Source: Octopus sinensis | Taxonomy: Eukaryota | Direction: 5' to 3' | Assembly: GCF_006345805.1 (NCBI RefSeq) | Contig: NC_042999.1 | Location: 12,028,001 to 12,092,000, forward strand | DNA length: 64,000 bases | Shown: positions 37,368-52,549 of the stretch, piece by piece | How positions within the stretch are numbered: the first letter of the stretch is position 1 | Layout: each line of letters opens with the position of its first letter | Made by a program: the position numbers and the translations under genes | Notes under the pieces: model-generated | Seen by the model: the letters and a program-made list of their open reading frames with translations, nothing else | Database searches by the model: none | Told to the model about the DNA's origin: nothing

Positions 37368-40300
37368 GAAATTCATAAGATAATCGGTTATTCTTTTGTC
37401 ATCTCTTTTACAAGAGGCTTCTTACAGTTTCCATTTACCAAATCTACTCACAAGGCTTTAGTACACACTTGCTCAAAGTGCCACACAGCTAGGACTAAAG
37501 GGGGGGGTCATGTGGTTAGGAAGCAAGCTTCGTACCACACAGCCATTCCAGAAATTTCTAAAGAACCTTAGACTTAAACCAATAAAAGATGTTTAGTTTT
37601 TTGGAAGTTAATCAGGCAAGAATAGAAACCATTCCTCGTTAAAAAAAAAGTTCTGAATTGGTTGTGATTTGAAATAGCTTAAGCAAACATTTTCTAATTT
37701 GTATTTGTATAAAGACTATCTCGTATCCAGCAACAACAGAAATGGTAACAACAATAACATGCATGGAACAATCTGACCCTGATCTGTTCTTCCACAACAG
37801 GACATGTGTCAGTTTATCCCAGCTGCTGCTTAACACCCAGTCTGTCTTTCTGGCTGTTTACAACATGACTAAATGCTTTCTACAGAAAAATTAAACTATC
37901 AGCTTTCATCAAATTGACCCCATTTCCTATTTTACTTCCAACCCAAGCAGTCGGGAAATTTTAAAGAAAACCCAAGAGGCTGACCATATATATATATGTA
38001 TGTATGTTTATTTATTAATATTTAGCAGAAGCAACAGAATGACTCGAAGGCTGAGAGTTTTGTGTGTTGCCACTCATAAAGGTTTGGTGATAAGTTTGAT
38101 GTGTGTGTGTGTGTACACATACATGCATACATATAGTGAAATACTTTGAAATATCAAGAGAGTAATCTTTCAGCAGTGGAAACAACTTGCCAAGCTAACA
38201 ATTCCATTATGGGATTGTAAGTTCACTAACCATTATTTGTTAATACTAAGCCTATTAATTATACTATCCAATGCCAGAATTAATTAACAATATAAAAACT
38301 AAATAGCAAATTGCTTTGGAAATAACCTTCTTTTGGTCTGAGGAGAGATTGAGTTTCTAAATTTAAACTGACAGAATCTCAAGAGGTGCTGAGGTTTGTG
38401 TAAACACACTAAGTAGATGTTGTTGTTGTCACAATCACAGATTTGAACTGATTACATCAATTGTTTGGGATTTTGTAGAATTCTGTACAGCAATCAGCTG
38501 ATTCCCTCAGAGCTAAAGAACTTCAATAGCTGACTGCGAGGTAGGAAGTTTGCTGACCAAACACAACGGCTTTAGGTGCAGCACCTTGAGCAAGTGTTTT
38601 CTGCAATGGTCTCAGGCTGACCAAAGCTTTGGGAGAGAGAAACAGAGAAGAAGCCCATCATGGGTGGGGGTTGTTACTGTGTTTTTGCTTTGATTTCAGG
38701 TAACAGTTGCAAACAGTGTCTGTTTCCAATTTTTTGAGACACATCTAGTCATGGGGGTGAAATATCATCTTACCTCAAAACAGGTGAGGGTTGGTGACAG
38801 GAAGGGCATCCAACCATAGAAGATTCAGCTGAATAAACTCTGTCTGACCCAAGCTTGTATGGAAACAGGGACATTAAAACAATGATGATCAAAGAATTAA
38901 ATGGATATAGAAAATATATATTTTTTTTTTTAGGGCAGTTGATGGTGTAATATATAGAGCAGCAGTATTTCCTATGTTCTGAGTTCAAACCCTGCCAAAA
39001 TTAACTTTCATCCTCCCAGAATCAATAAAAGTCAAATACTTAATTAAGTGTACCATTCAAAAGTGGTGGAATATGACAAAAACAAGACAGACTTGGATTA
39101 AATACTTTCTTTAACATCCTTTTCAGACCAAACCCTGCCAGAATCAACTTTCACTAAGACACTTTCTCTTTTTTCTCATACAAAAAAAAAACCCCACCCT
39201 TCATCTTTATACCCAAAGTTATTATAAACAAGGTGGAGAGAAATGAAGGATGATCTGTTGGATTTTCAATATCAATTTGTATGAAAAGCATAGAGCAGGA
39301 GAGATTAAAGGCATCAGCTAAACAGGTTTTAACAGTAGCAGGGTTATTTGCTAAAAATGGTGTGAGAAGGGAGTGAGGCTGTTGTGTCTGTCCTGGGCTT
39401 CACAGATGAGATGACAGCAGATTGAGAGGAGTGCTACCATGTTGTACTGAAGACCCTGTCCAAACAAAAGCAGTACAGGAAAACAGATGTTAATATAGTT
39501 AGTATTATTATTTAGTTTACAATCATTTTTATTCCTTTTATGATTAATAATTTTAAAGATAAGAGTTTTCATTCCCCACTCATAAATGTGCAGGTTTTTA
39601 TATACACACACATATGTGTGTGTGCAAACATGAAGGAATACACTGGGCAAAACCTGTTAATTGACTGAAGATTTTCAGTGGCTTCTTAATACAAAAGAGA
39701 GACAGAAAGAGATAGATAAGGGACCATGGCCTCATTTGACTCGTCTGACAACTTAACTGAGTGACAAGTTGGGCTGGGTTTATTTGGACAACAAAGATAA
39801 AAAGTCAAGTGAATTCTGGGACACAATTACACTTCATCTTCAACTTATGCTTCTTAACAATATAACTCAGGAAAAATACCTCAAGGGAAATTATTCTGTA
39901 TAATACGACTACATCGGCTTTTTTGATGTTTATATCTCATAATATAGTGAGTTGCAAAACTGCAAACTGAAATCAAGCAATTTGAAGACAAAAATCCCTT
40001 TAAAGATGCTTAAAAATCTAAAAACAACAAAGAGGATAAATTCAACAATCATATTTTGGGGCAATGAATACAGATTAGGACAGATCTCCCCAATCTGCAT
40101 TATATATACGGGATAAAATATTCCCATCACCTGAACTTACTGCAGTTATCTTCTTTGTTTTTAGATTTTAATTACTTATAGACAAAAGGTAATCTCAGTT
40201 AATCAAATTTTTGCAACCCATCAGATTACATAGAAGACCCTACCATAATTCTAATTAGGCCAATTAATAATAATATAAAGTGTGAAAACATCATTGGAAA

Positions 40301-40823
40301 ACTGTACGTCCGCAGGAACACCAGCAGAAGTGCCAGACCCAGGGGTTTACCATATCAGAGCCACAGAATGCAACACAGTGGTCCAGTTCACTCAGCTGAA
40401 AACTGAGTCATTGGCATTCAAAAGGAATGTTGAGCTCTCGGTCCCTTTATATATCCTGGAAATCTTGAACAGTCCTAAGGCCAAAAGACAGAACTTTAAA
40501 AGAAAAGTAAACTAGCAAAGCCAGTGAAATCTTAAGGGAAGGTCAGCTGTTGTCGTTCAGTTCCTGAGTAAAAGCAGACCTTTGTTCAAAGACATTCCAG
40601 TTACGACAACCTCCAAGTAATATGTATTTCAATTATTTATTATAGTAGGATGAATTTGAGGGAGATTTGGCAGTTATTTCTCGTGACAATAGAGAATTCC
40701 CTTGGTTACTCAATAACTCCAAAGTAGGAGGTCAATAAATAACAATCAATGTCCCAGGAAGGTAGAATGTTGTTATCCTCTTAGAATACTTAAATTATAT
40801 TTTTTTCATTGACAGAACATTTT

Positions 40824-41149
40824 TGGCACCTGTGTCGGTGACACATAAGAAAACACCATCCGAGCGTGGCCGTCAGCCAGCCTCGTCTGGCACCTGTGTC
40901 GGTGGCACATAAAAAACACCATCCGAGCGTGGCCGTCTGCCAGCCTCGTCTGGCACCTGTGTCGGTGGCACATAAAATCACCCACTACACTCTCGGAGTG
41001 GTTGGCGTTAGGAAGGGCATCCAGCTGTAGAAACACTGCCAGATCTGACTGGCCTGGTGCAGCCTTCGGGCTTGCCAGACCCCAGTTGAAGCGTCCAACC
41101 CATGCTAGCATGGAAAGCGGACGTTAAACGATGATGATGATGATGATGA
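40824..41149 (+). mobile_element. Young RTE 3' end
   Basis: About 2.5 copies of the ~61-bp hairpin unit, terminal module and (GAT)n. Confidence 0.9.
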
Positions 41150-43851
41150 AGTTTACTAATGGAAGACAAAAAAGGAATTAAGCCATGATAATTATAGAAC
41201 TACTGGTTAACATACAGCTTTAGGCTAATTAAAACATAATAATGCAATATACTAGGATAATAATAACAACAACGAAAGAACATTATATAAGAGTCAGAAA
41301 TTGAACAATAGCTACCAAGGAACCAATTTGTTGTGGCTCACAAAAGGATTTCTGATTCCAGGAGAAGCTCAACAATTTTTTTGATGAAGTTAACCAATAC
41401 CTTCACTGCAGAACTTGGCTGCGACTTGAACTCTTTCTTTTTCTTTTTTACTCTGGAAGGATGAAAGCTAAAGTTGACTCCTCAGGGGGATTTGAACTCA
41501 GAAAGTGCATGAATAAATGCTTTCTAAGCCTTGCCCTAACGACTCAACCTAATGGTTTCTAATTTAGGCACAAGGCCAGCACTTTTGTTGATACCCTCCC
41601 TCCACCTCCAGAACTTGGCCCCTAGAAGCATGTTGTTGATACCCTCCCCGTCCAATACTTGACCCCCAGAAGGAGGAAAAGTAGAGTTAATCCTGACAGA
41701 ATTTGAATCCCCAAATGCAATGTATCCACCCGGACTGATACCAGCTTGCATCACCCGAATAATGGGAAGTGATTTTGTTCAGAGCAAAAGAAAGATTCGT
41801 TATGAATCACTCTGCCAGAATCCAGGGGAAAAAGAGAAAGAAAAAAACAGAACATTGACACAGACAAGTGTTATTGATTATGTAGTAAAGTAATTCTGTC
41901 TGAGGGGGGGGGGGAGAAAACTTTATGATATGAAGCCATGATACGGTTCACTGATTTAGGACTGTGATAAGAGAGACAGAAAAAAAAAAGCTTTGTGAAC
42001 ATCAAGGCTATAATCTCCAAAGAGAAATGCAAGGACTTTTGTATTTAATGAACCATTAAAAGATATAATATGGCAGCTGGGATTGGCAAAGCTGGGCTGC
42101 TGCTGTTGCCGTGGGTGACACTGTTTTTACAAGTGACATTTTGTGTCAAGATTTTACACACACACACAAGTCATTTAGTAAATTCTAAATGAGTCAAACT
42201 ATAAAACAATAACAGACCCAAAGCAATGTTAATGGCTGGCTGTGTAAAGAAGACAATGTTTGTTGATGTAATGATGTCAAAATAAACAGCAATCCTTTAT
42301 CATTAATTATTATAATAAATATATATATATTTATATGAATAAGCACAAATGATTGCTTCTTTTTTTTTATTTTTCTTCCTTTCTTTCATTTGAAGTATCG
42401 TCCAAGTGTTTGCAAAATAAATATTTCTGCTTCTTTTTGTCCAATTCTCAACGTTTAACAACCAAATGCAAAATGCGATTAATATACAGAACCTTTCTTG
42501 AAATCTCAGCTGCATTTATAAAACCTACAACCAGCAGCAGCAGCAGCACTACCATGGCCACCTCCACTTTTACTACCACATTGGACGAAATGCTTAGCAG
42601 TATTTCTTTTGGCTCTTTGTGCTCTGAGTTCAAACCATGCTGAGGTCAGCTTTGCCTTTCATCCTTTTGAGATTGATAACATTAAGTACCAGTCAAATAC
42701 CGGAGTCCATGTAATCAACCTGTTCCGTTCCTACCAAAAATTACTGGTTCAGGGCAATGTTGTGATCCCTATAATTATGGAAACTGAGCAGTTGGCCTTC
42801 AAGACTCCTCGGACCCAAGAAGAATCATAAGAAAACGAGGAGAAAAAAAAGAGTACCCTCTCTTTTCTTAGGCAGCCACAACCCCAGAGAACATCAATTA
42901 CATCCAAGCATTGCACTTATTATACACACAGTAGACAACGATAGCAGTTATATACACATCATCCACAACACACACTGAGGACATAAGAAAGAAAAACGAT
43001 GCACAAACAGAGAGCAATCACTGTTACCATTATTGGAGCAAGAGAACGGAACAACAACAGGCTGCAAATGTTAGATCTATTATGGAGCATGTCTGTCTCC
43101 AAAAGCAACAAATTTCAACTTGCAAAATTATCATCATCATTTTCAACATCCACTTTTCTATGCTTGCATGGGTTGGATGGAGTTTATTGAGGCACGTACA
43201 CATTCTATAACCTGTTACCCTTTCTGTCAGTGGCCCAGCACGCTGGTAATGCTGCTGGCTCACCACTGCTTGAGTATGAATAGTGCAAGGCAGTAAGTCA
43301 CAGAGATTCTCCATATTCTATCAGACACTGTCCACATCCCCTCCTCATAATAATAATGACATGAAGCTAGCAAATTTGAGGGAAGAAGCAAGTCAAATTA
43401 CACAAACCCAAGTACGTGACTGGTACTTTACTTTATTGATCGGGGTGGGGGGGTTGAAAAGTAAAGTTGACACCACTGATATTTGAACTCAGAATGTAAT
43501 AAGTGAGATGAAATACTGCTTGTCATTTTGTCCAGGCACAAAGTGAGCAATTGTGAAGGGAGGAGGGGTTAGTCAATAACACTGACCCTATTACTTGACT
43601 GGTACCTCATTAACCCAGAAGGGGTGAAGGGAAGTTTTGATCCCTACCTTAATTATGTAAAGTTGTCTCCAACAGAATTTGAACTCAGAATACAAAAGAA
43701 AGTAACTACCAAATTTTGCCCAACTCTCTACTGGTTTTGCCATTCACCATTTTGATAGTAATTGTCTCTAGCCTATGTACAATATCTGGAAAAGGGGGAG
43801 GTCAAAAGCATTGACCCCACCCCCAATGCATGACTGGTACTTTATTTTATC

Positions 43852-44604
43852 AACCTGTGGAAGAGGTAGACCCAGGAAAACCTGGGACGAAGTGGTGCAG
43901 CATGACCTTCGAACTTTAGGTCTCACCAAGGAAATGACTAGAGACCGAGACCTATGGAAGTATGCTGTGCGTGAGAAGACCCGGCAAGACTAGTGAGAAC
44001 ATAACCTGTGGCCCCTACCTGGGACGTAGTCAGTCCACCTGTGCATACCTTCCTTCTTGTGACACTTGTGAAGACCTGTTGAGGCAAGTGAAAATCAAAT
44101 CAAATCAAATCAAAACAAATCAAAATAGATGAACATCAATGGAATTTGTATCTTTGCGGTACCAGTGCCGGTGGCACATAAGAAAACCATCGAACGTGGC
44201 CGTAGCCAGTACCGCATCGACTGGCCTCCGTGCTGTGGGCACGTAACAAACACCATCCGATCGTGGCCGTTCGCCAGCCTCGTCTGGCACCTGTGTCGGT
44301 GGCACATAAGAAAACACCATCCGAGCGTGGCCGTCTGCCAGCCTCGTCTGGCACCTGTGTCGGTGGCACATAAAAAACACCATCCGAGTGTGGCCGTTCA
44401 CCAGCCTCGTCTGGCACCTGTGTCGGTGGCACATAAAATCACCCACTACACTCTCGGAGTGGTTGGCGTTAGGAAGGGCATCCAGCTGTAGAAACACTGC
44501 CAGATCCGACTGGCCTGGTGCAGCCTTCGGCCTCCCCAGACCCCAGTTGAACCGTCCAACCCATGCTAGCATGGAAAGCGGACGTTAAACGATGATGATG
44601 ATGA
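43852..44604 (+). mobile_element. Young RTE 3' end with a single-unit UTR
   Basis: TCGRGRPRKTWDEVV...KTRQD*, UTR and (GAT)n. Confidence 0.92.
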
Positions 44605-47600
44605 ACACTGAAGAGATGAAACGTAGACCTGATCCCGACAGGATTCGGTCGCATAACAACAATTTATTGTTTACAGCCATTAAAGTAACTAATCACCACA
44701 ACAGAGGTGGAAAGGGTGTTTATTATTAAAGCACCCAATATACTCTCAACTGGTTGGTGTTGGGGAGGGCAGAAACCACAGCAGACAATGGAACCTGGTG
44801 TGGCTTCTGGCTCTACCAGTTCCTGTCAAGCCATCCAACCCTTACCAGGATGGAAAACAAATGATGATGATGATGTTAATTAAGAAGAACAAAGCCAAAA
44901 TGCTATCCTCTTCAGTCGTGGATATTGAAGAGGCCAGACTCCAGCCATAGATTGGTTGAATCAATATGATTTATACAAATAGGTGAGGCTGTGAATTTTG
45001 TAGATTTTTGACAATCTAAGGTAACATTGTGGATGACATACCAAATATTGTTGCTAAAAGTTATGACCAGTCACAGAAAAAGAGACCCATCCCCCCCACA
45101 AACTTTTTTTCTATATGTATGTAGAGTGGTGGTGGTGGTGGTGATGGAACTCTCTTGTTTGATGATGAAGATTTAGTTGTTCATTCAGGAGCAGGTAATT
45201 CAGTTAGTGAAACAAGTGGCTGTGTATTCCACAGGCATGTGTACCCTTAAAGTAATTTTGAGACAGAATTAGCATGACACTGTGTTACAAGGCTGGACCT
45301 TTTAAGCCACAAGATTCCCTACAGTCTCCTTCAAACCCAATGGTCCAAAATTATAGAAAATGACATTTTACACTTGATGCTATAGACTGGGATTGAACCC
45401 AAGGCCTTATGGTTGTAAAGCAAAACTCTTGACCACTTAGCCATTCTACCTCTATGGGTAAAGTACAAGGTAGAAAAAAAACCATCATTTTATTTGGCCT
45501 ATTTTTGGAGTCTTCAATACATATTGAATGATTATTGATTTCTTTATTGATCAGTTGATTTTTCTTTCACTCCAGAAATTAAAAGTAAAAAAGAAAAAAA
45601 GGGCACTGCATCATTTTTTTGGTCTCAAACAATTGTGTAACTGGAAAATATTTACAGCATCCTCCCCACCTGTCCATTTTAAGAAAAATCAAGTTTCCTA
45701 ATTTTGCTTTGAATTTCGTTTAATCAAGGTGCCAAACAAAAAGCACTAGTGTGGTGCCATGTTAATAGCCACCCAGCACAATCTTAAGTGGTTGGCATCA
45801 AGAAGGGCATCCAGCTGTAGAAACCATGCCAAAACAAACACTGGAATTTGGTGCAGCTGCCAGTTCTTGTCAAGCTGTCCAACCCATGCCAGCATGGAAA
45901 ATGGACATTAAACGTTGAAAGTGATAGTGTTGCACCCTTGTGGGGTGGGTGGGCATAGTACCAATAAAAACAAAGAAAATTAGAGAATTTGAAACCACTG
46001 GGCAGATCCCAGTAGTGGGATGAAAAAAAAAACAACAAAAAGAACTGATGACAGATTAATAAAACAAAACCTCCAGTGAATTCGTGTGTCTGGTTATTGG
46101 CAAATAAGACCTCCCCAAAGACTAAAGCTCTAAGCTCTCCCTTACTGTTAGGATAAATAAACAAAAGGGGTTCATGTGGAAATGAAAGCTAAAGTTACAA
46201 CACAGAGAAGCCGGAATATATTCAGAGAGAATACAAAGAATATTGGTTTAATAACTTTAATTGAAATAATCTTTAGAATCTTGACAAGAATAGGAAAATA
46301 AGCATCAAGATAATCTGAGTGTGGTGGCACAGGACATGTTTCATACCTGAGGGGAGAGAGCTTAGAATGCAGAAGGAAGATGGCAAAGATGGGTGAGAGT
46401 AGCAGCACTGGACCATGTGTCTCTCTTTTACTTATTTCAGCCATGCTGGGGTGTCGCCACCTTGAAGAAGTTTTACTCAAATCAATTGATTCCAGGAGTT
46501 TCTTTCTTTTTGTTTTAAAGCCTGGTACTTATTCTATCAGTTTATGTTGCTGAACTGCTAGGTTATGGGAGCATGAACACACCCACACTGGTGGTGGTTG
46601 TGGTGGGGGACAAACACAAATACAGGAAGGGCTGCAGCTGTAAGAAAATCTGCCTCAATGAATTTGCTTTGCCCCACAACAGCATGGCAAAGTGGATGCT
46701 AAACAAAAGATGATGGTGATGACATATCCAGACTTAGAGACTTATTTAACCCAAGACAGATGAAAGCAAAACAATAGTTCAGTAAAATGCTGGACCAAGT
46801 TGAACTGAAATTAGCAAAGCTTTCCTCAACATATGACGGGAATAACTTTCTCATGGGTGGATTTTGTTAAACATTACAGAAGGGAACGATCAAGTTGGAT
46901 TAATTTAATATTTCCATCAGGAAATGAATAAATAAAATAAAGTTGTTGAAATGCTTTATAGTTTCATATAAACAACAGACTAAATCCTATTGCTCTACAT
47001 TTTAAATTTAGATTTAAACTACATAAAAAAAAAAAGTGCAGGGGTTATTAAAATATATGAAGAATAAAACATACAGATGAGTAATGGTGATAGTCTGGTG
47101 CAATTGCATCCATAACATATTAAACTATATATATATATATAAAGCCATCTCCTTTGAAATATACATATATTGAAAAGGCAAGCCTAGATATTGATAGCAC
47201 CTGTTCTCTTTATGTTTAAGGTAGAAATCTAAAATTATAAAATTTCAGAAACCTACTACTACTACTATTACTACTATAACCTATTCATAAATGCAGTGTG
47301 TGTGTATTGTTGCCACTCCTACCTGATTTTCTAACTCCAGCAACGGGGGTGGGGTGGGGTGGGCAGTAGGGTACCTTCTTATCAAGTGCTCAAGAAGGTG
47401 GAAAAGAAATCTACAGATGTTAGTTAAGAACAAAACGAAAATAGAAAGCCCAGCACATACAATTAAAGCCGCACACACACAAAAGCCAGCAATATTTAGA
47501 CAGGAGCTGAAATACAAACACATTGATGGAGTGGGTGGGCACAGAAATGGAGGGACTTTTTTTTCTTTTGTGTTTTGTTTGTTTTTTTGTATACAACTGA

Positions 47601-50600
47601 GTTGTTTTAATAAACAGATTTTCTTATTTCCCTGTGATTTATATTTCATAAAAATTATATTGACAGGTAATCTCTCTCTCTCTCATCACACCCACACACA
47701 TCCATCCCCCCTGCAAGTATCAAATTACAAACGTTCAAAAGCACACTATGAACTGCACTCACCTCACCAAGCAGAAGACAGTCCTGCCTGCAAAGAGATT
47801 TGGGCTTTGCTTGTTCCCATTGGTCTAACATACATAAACATATATATGTAACAAACACATAAAAGTGTTGATTATCCATAAAAAAAAAAAAATCAATAAG
47901 TAGTCATCTAAGTTGTTGTAAAATACATGAAGCAGATTTTGGGAGGGTCATTATGCCAATAATAAACACACACACACTGATACTATTTCACTTCTATATT
48001 TTTGTTAATTGGTTAACTACTAACCTTTCATGAAATTGTGAATAGTTATGAAAGAACTTTGAAAACATAACTGATTGATTAATTAATTGAATAATTAATC
48101 AAAGAATCAGTAAGTTAATTAGCAGGTCATTTAACAAATAAAAGAAGTGAATAGAACCAGTTAATAGTGTTTATTATTGGTATAACGACCCTCCTAAGAT
48201 ACAAAACCAAAATGTGTTTCAACACATGATTACACATCAAGAATCTTGCAAACTAAAAACTGAAATCTCTGCCATTATTCTCATTGCTAACCTGGAACAC
48301 ACACAAATGTATTCTATGCTTCTTCTTTTTTATATATATAATCTTTCCAGCCCCATCCCAGGCACTGACCTCCTTCTCTAGAATGTAATTTCTCTATAGC
48401 AAGCTCTTCTCTTCTGGTCCCTTCTTTCATGCCTTAATCCCTGATCTAGCAAAAGAACTGACTCCCTCTCAGTCAAAGGAAAATCTAGACCCCTAAGCTG
48501 CAGAGCAACCTCACGAGGGTCCTGCTGCCATGAAAAATGCACCCAGCACATTTTATAAAAGGGTTGGCATTAGGAAGGGCACCTCATAGTAGATCTAGGA
48601 GAATGCTTCAATCCTGCAAAACCATCAATTCCTATCAAGCCATCCAACCTATGCCAGCATGGAAGGTGAATGGTAAATGATGATGATAATGAGTGTGTGT
48701 ACACACACACAGTGTGGAAGTATTGTTTCTGTAACTGCTAAAACTAAAAAAGTTGAAAAACCTGAGGAGAGTTGCCAAAATGTAAGAGATATATAAAAAA
48801 AAAAACCAAGAAACTTTTGCACAATAGAAGTAATCTGTGATAACCTATATTCTGTAAGCATCATTTTTACCATTTTCCATTATCAGTGGATAACACAATG
48901 ATATTTACCTGTAAGGTTTATATTCACTACCCCACATTCTACAGATCCAAATATACTGAGACACAAATTAGAATTAATAGAATTGAAAAGTACACTCCAC
49001 CCTCACCTACCATTGTGTATCAATACCTTTATTAAGGAAAGAGAGAGAGAAGAGAGAGAGGTGGGGTTGTGCCATTTTATATCTGTGGAGTGTCGTTTAC
49101 ATGTTTGTGGCAAGTCTATCAAAATATGGAAGTTGCCATGTGAATCTCAAATGTAAGAGTTAAGTGAGGGCAGGAGAACGTGAGGGGAGGGAAGAGATTG
49201 TTGAATATGAGGGTGGCAGTGGTAGTAGTAGTACTATTGACATGTGAATATCTGGAAAAAGAAAGTTATCCTCTTTCTCATATATCTACACAAAACCCAC
49301 ACAATTTTATACACTTGACATCTTGAGCTGAACCTCCCGGGAGGTGGATGTCTCTGAATAACAGTGATGAGATAGAAAGTGAAGGCCAGCCAACGACCGG
49401 GGCCTCCTCTAAACTACTGAAGGAATCGGTTTCTCCCGTTGATTGAACAGTGACTGGGTTGATTGCTTCTTGGAATCAACAAGAAAATAATTAGTAAGTG
49501 GCAGCAAAAAAAGAGAAAATCACCCACCCAGGGGCAATGGAGGGCAAAACCATAATCCATCCATTACGAAAAGGGATGGATTAATTAAGATAGGAATCAA
49601 AAAGAAAGAAAATAAAGAAGAGAATGTGTTTATGATGTGTTGTATGCAGATGTGATTAGAAGTTGAGCACAAAAAGAATGTGTTTTCACACACACACACA
49701 CACACACACACAGGCAACTGATGATGGGAATCTATGTTTGTTGTCAGTGAAACTTTTTATGTTTTGGGGTTTCATCACTCTGGTTTGTCCTTCACTCTCC
49801 AAAGGTTGGACATGTTTAAGGGTTCACGGTGATTGCATTTATTGATATTGCAAAAATTCTCATTATGGCTAGGATGATAATTAAAGGTTCCAATTTTTCA
49901 GAACTTTGGTGCCCCAAACACACACACACTTTGTCATTCAGTTTATTCCGATTGCAACCTGGACTCACTCTGCTGTGGTTTCCTCTCAAGTGTGTCCATA
50001 TTGAGTTCTAATAACTGATTATTAGTATCACCATACCTAAGTGGAATCACCTGTACAAATTTGTTCATTTAGCTTCTTCTCCTACGCTCAATGGGTTTAG
50101 CCAGAGGAGTTGAGGCAGGAGTTTTACAGCTGGATACTCTTCCTGTCACCAATCCTTAACTGTTTTTCAAGTTAAGAAATTAGAAAAAAATTTTTTTTTA
50201 TTTCAAAAACTTCAATGAGGAATCTCAACATCAGCAATTAATTTAAGCTGTGACGACTCTGGAATAGAAACACACACACACACATGCATATGGAGACAGT
50301 TGCATCTTCTGAATGTTGTTGTTATTTCGATAAGGTTGTGTGGTTATAAAGTTTACCTTGCAATGATGTAGTTTTGGATTCAATCCCACTTGACCGGACA
50401 TTTTGCTGGGTTGACCAATGCCTTGTGAGTAAAATTTGGTTGGCAGAAACTAGAAAAAAGCCCATTATGTATGTGAGGGGGAAGGGGTGGAGCTGGTTTC
50501 CATGGGACCACAAACTGTTGCTATCTTCTGAGCAGAAATGGTGACGCTTGTTCAGGTCTCCAGTAAAACAAATTGTCCTGAAGTTTGGCAATTTCTATGT

Positions 50601-50615
50601 GGGAAGATTAATATC

Positions 50616-52549
50616 ATCATCATCATCATCATCATCATTTAGCGTCTGTTTTCCATGCTAGCATGGGTTGGACGGTTCAACTGGGGTCTGGGGAGCCCGA
50701 AGGCTGCACCAGGCCAGTCAGATCTGGCAGTGTTTCTACAGCTGGATGCCCTTCCTAACGCCAACCACTCCGAGAGTGTAGTGGGTGATTTTATGTGCCA
50801 CCGACACAGGTGCCAGACGAGGCTGGCGAACGGCCACGCTCGGATGGTGTTTTTATGTGCCACCGACACAGGTGCCAGACGGGGCTGGCAGACGGCCACG
50901 CTCGGATGGTGTTTTTATGTGCCACCGACACAGGTGCCAGATGAGGCTGGCAGGTGCCAGACGAGGCTGGCAGACGGCCACGCTCGGATGGTGTTTTTAT
51001 GTGCCACCGACACAGGTGCCAGATGAGGCTGGCGGACGGCCACGATCGGATGGTGTTTGTTACGTCCCCAAAGCACGGAGGCCAGTCTATGCGGTACTGG
51101 CTACGGCCACGTTCGGATGATTTTCTTGTGTGCCACCGGCACTGGTACCACAAAGATACAAATTCCATTTATGTTCATCTATTTTGATTTGTTTTGATTT
51201 GATTTGATTTTTGATTTTCACTTGCCTCAACAGGTCTTCACAAGTGTCACTTGCCTCAACAGGTCTTCACAAGTGTTACAAGAAGGAAGGTATGCACAGG
51301 TGGACTGTCTACGTCGCCGGGTCTTCGGATGGTGTCTTTATGTGCCACCGACACAGGTGCCAGATGTGGCTGGCGAACGGCCACGATCGGATGGTTTTCT
51401 TGTGTGCCGCCGGTACTGGAACCACAAAGATACAAATTCCATTGATGTTCATCTATTTTGATTTGGTTTGATTTTCACTTGCCTCAACAGGTCTTCACAA
51501 GTGTCACGCGTGTCACACACTTGCCTCAACAGGTCTCCACAAGTGTCACACACTTGCCTCTGCCTCAACAGGTCTTCACAAGTGTCACACACTTGCCTCT
51601 GCCTCAACAGGTCTTCACAAGTGTCATAAGAGGGAAGGTATGCACAGGTGGACTGACTACGTCGCCGGGTCTTTGGATGGTGTTTTTATGTGCCACCGAC
51701 ACAGGTGCCAGGTGAGGCTGGCGAACGGCCACGATCAGATGGTGTTTGTTGTGCCCACAGCACGGAGGCCAGTCGATGCGGTACCAGCTACGGCCACTTC
51801 GGATGGTTTTCTTGTGTGCCACCGGTACTGGAACCACAAAGATACAAATTCCATTGATATTCATCTATTTTGATTTGGTTTGATTTTCACTTGCCTCAAC
51901 AGGTCTTCACAAGTGTCATAAGAGGGAAGGTATGCACAGGTGGACTGACTACGTCGCCGGGTCTTCGGATGGTGTCTTTATGTGCCACCGGCACAGGTGC
52001 CAGATGAGGCTGGCGAACGGCCACGATCGGATGGTGTTTGTTGTGCCCACAGCACGGAGGCCAGTCGATGCGGTACTGGTTACGGCCATGTTTGGGTGGT
52101 TTTCTTGTGTGCCACCGGCACTGGTACCACAAAGAATACAATTCCACTGATGTTCATCTATTTTGATTTGTTTTGATTTGATTTGATTTCACTTGCCTCA
52201 ACAGGTCTTCATAAGTGTCACAAGAAGGAAGGTATGCACAGGACTGACTACGTCCCAGGTCGGGGCCACGGGTTATGGCCTGACTAGTCTTGCCGGGTCT
52301 TCTCATGCACAGCATACTTCCATAGGTCTCGGTCTCTAGACATTTCCTTAGTGAGACCTAAAGTTCGAAGGTCGTGCTTCACCACCTCGTCCCAGGTTTT
52401 CCTGGGTCTACCTCTTCCACAGGTTCCCTCCACTGCTAGGGTGTAGCACTTTTGCACACAACTATCTTCAGCCTTTCTTGTCACATGACCATACCAGCGC
52501 AGCCGTCTCTCTTGCACGCCACAACTGACGCTTCTTAGGTTCAGCTTTT
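50616..52549 (-). mobile_element. Young 5'-truncated RTE with 12-bp TSD
   Basis: AAGATTAATATC at 50604-50615 and 52550-52561; ORF end 52284-52549; four-unit UTR; (GAT)n tail. Confidence 0.95.

Noticed and set aside
40282-40515. 77-aa ORF with candidate splice sites on both strands
   Set aside because: No recognisable protein; stops in spliced frames; may be an old TE remnant.
47323-47345. LLELENQ|gt resembling the end of a parvin exon
   Set aside because: Upstream residues do not match LITFVNKHL, and the FADG exon is absent between here and 24631.
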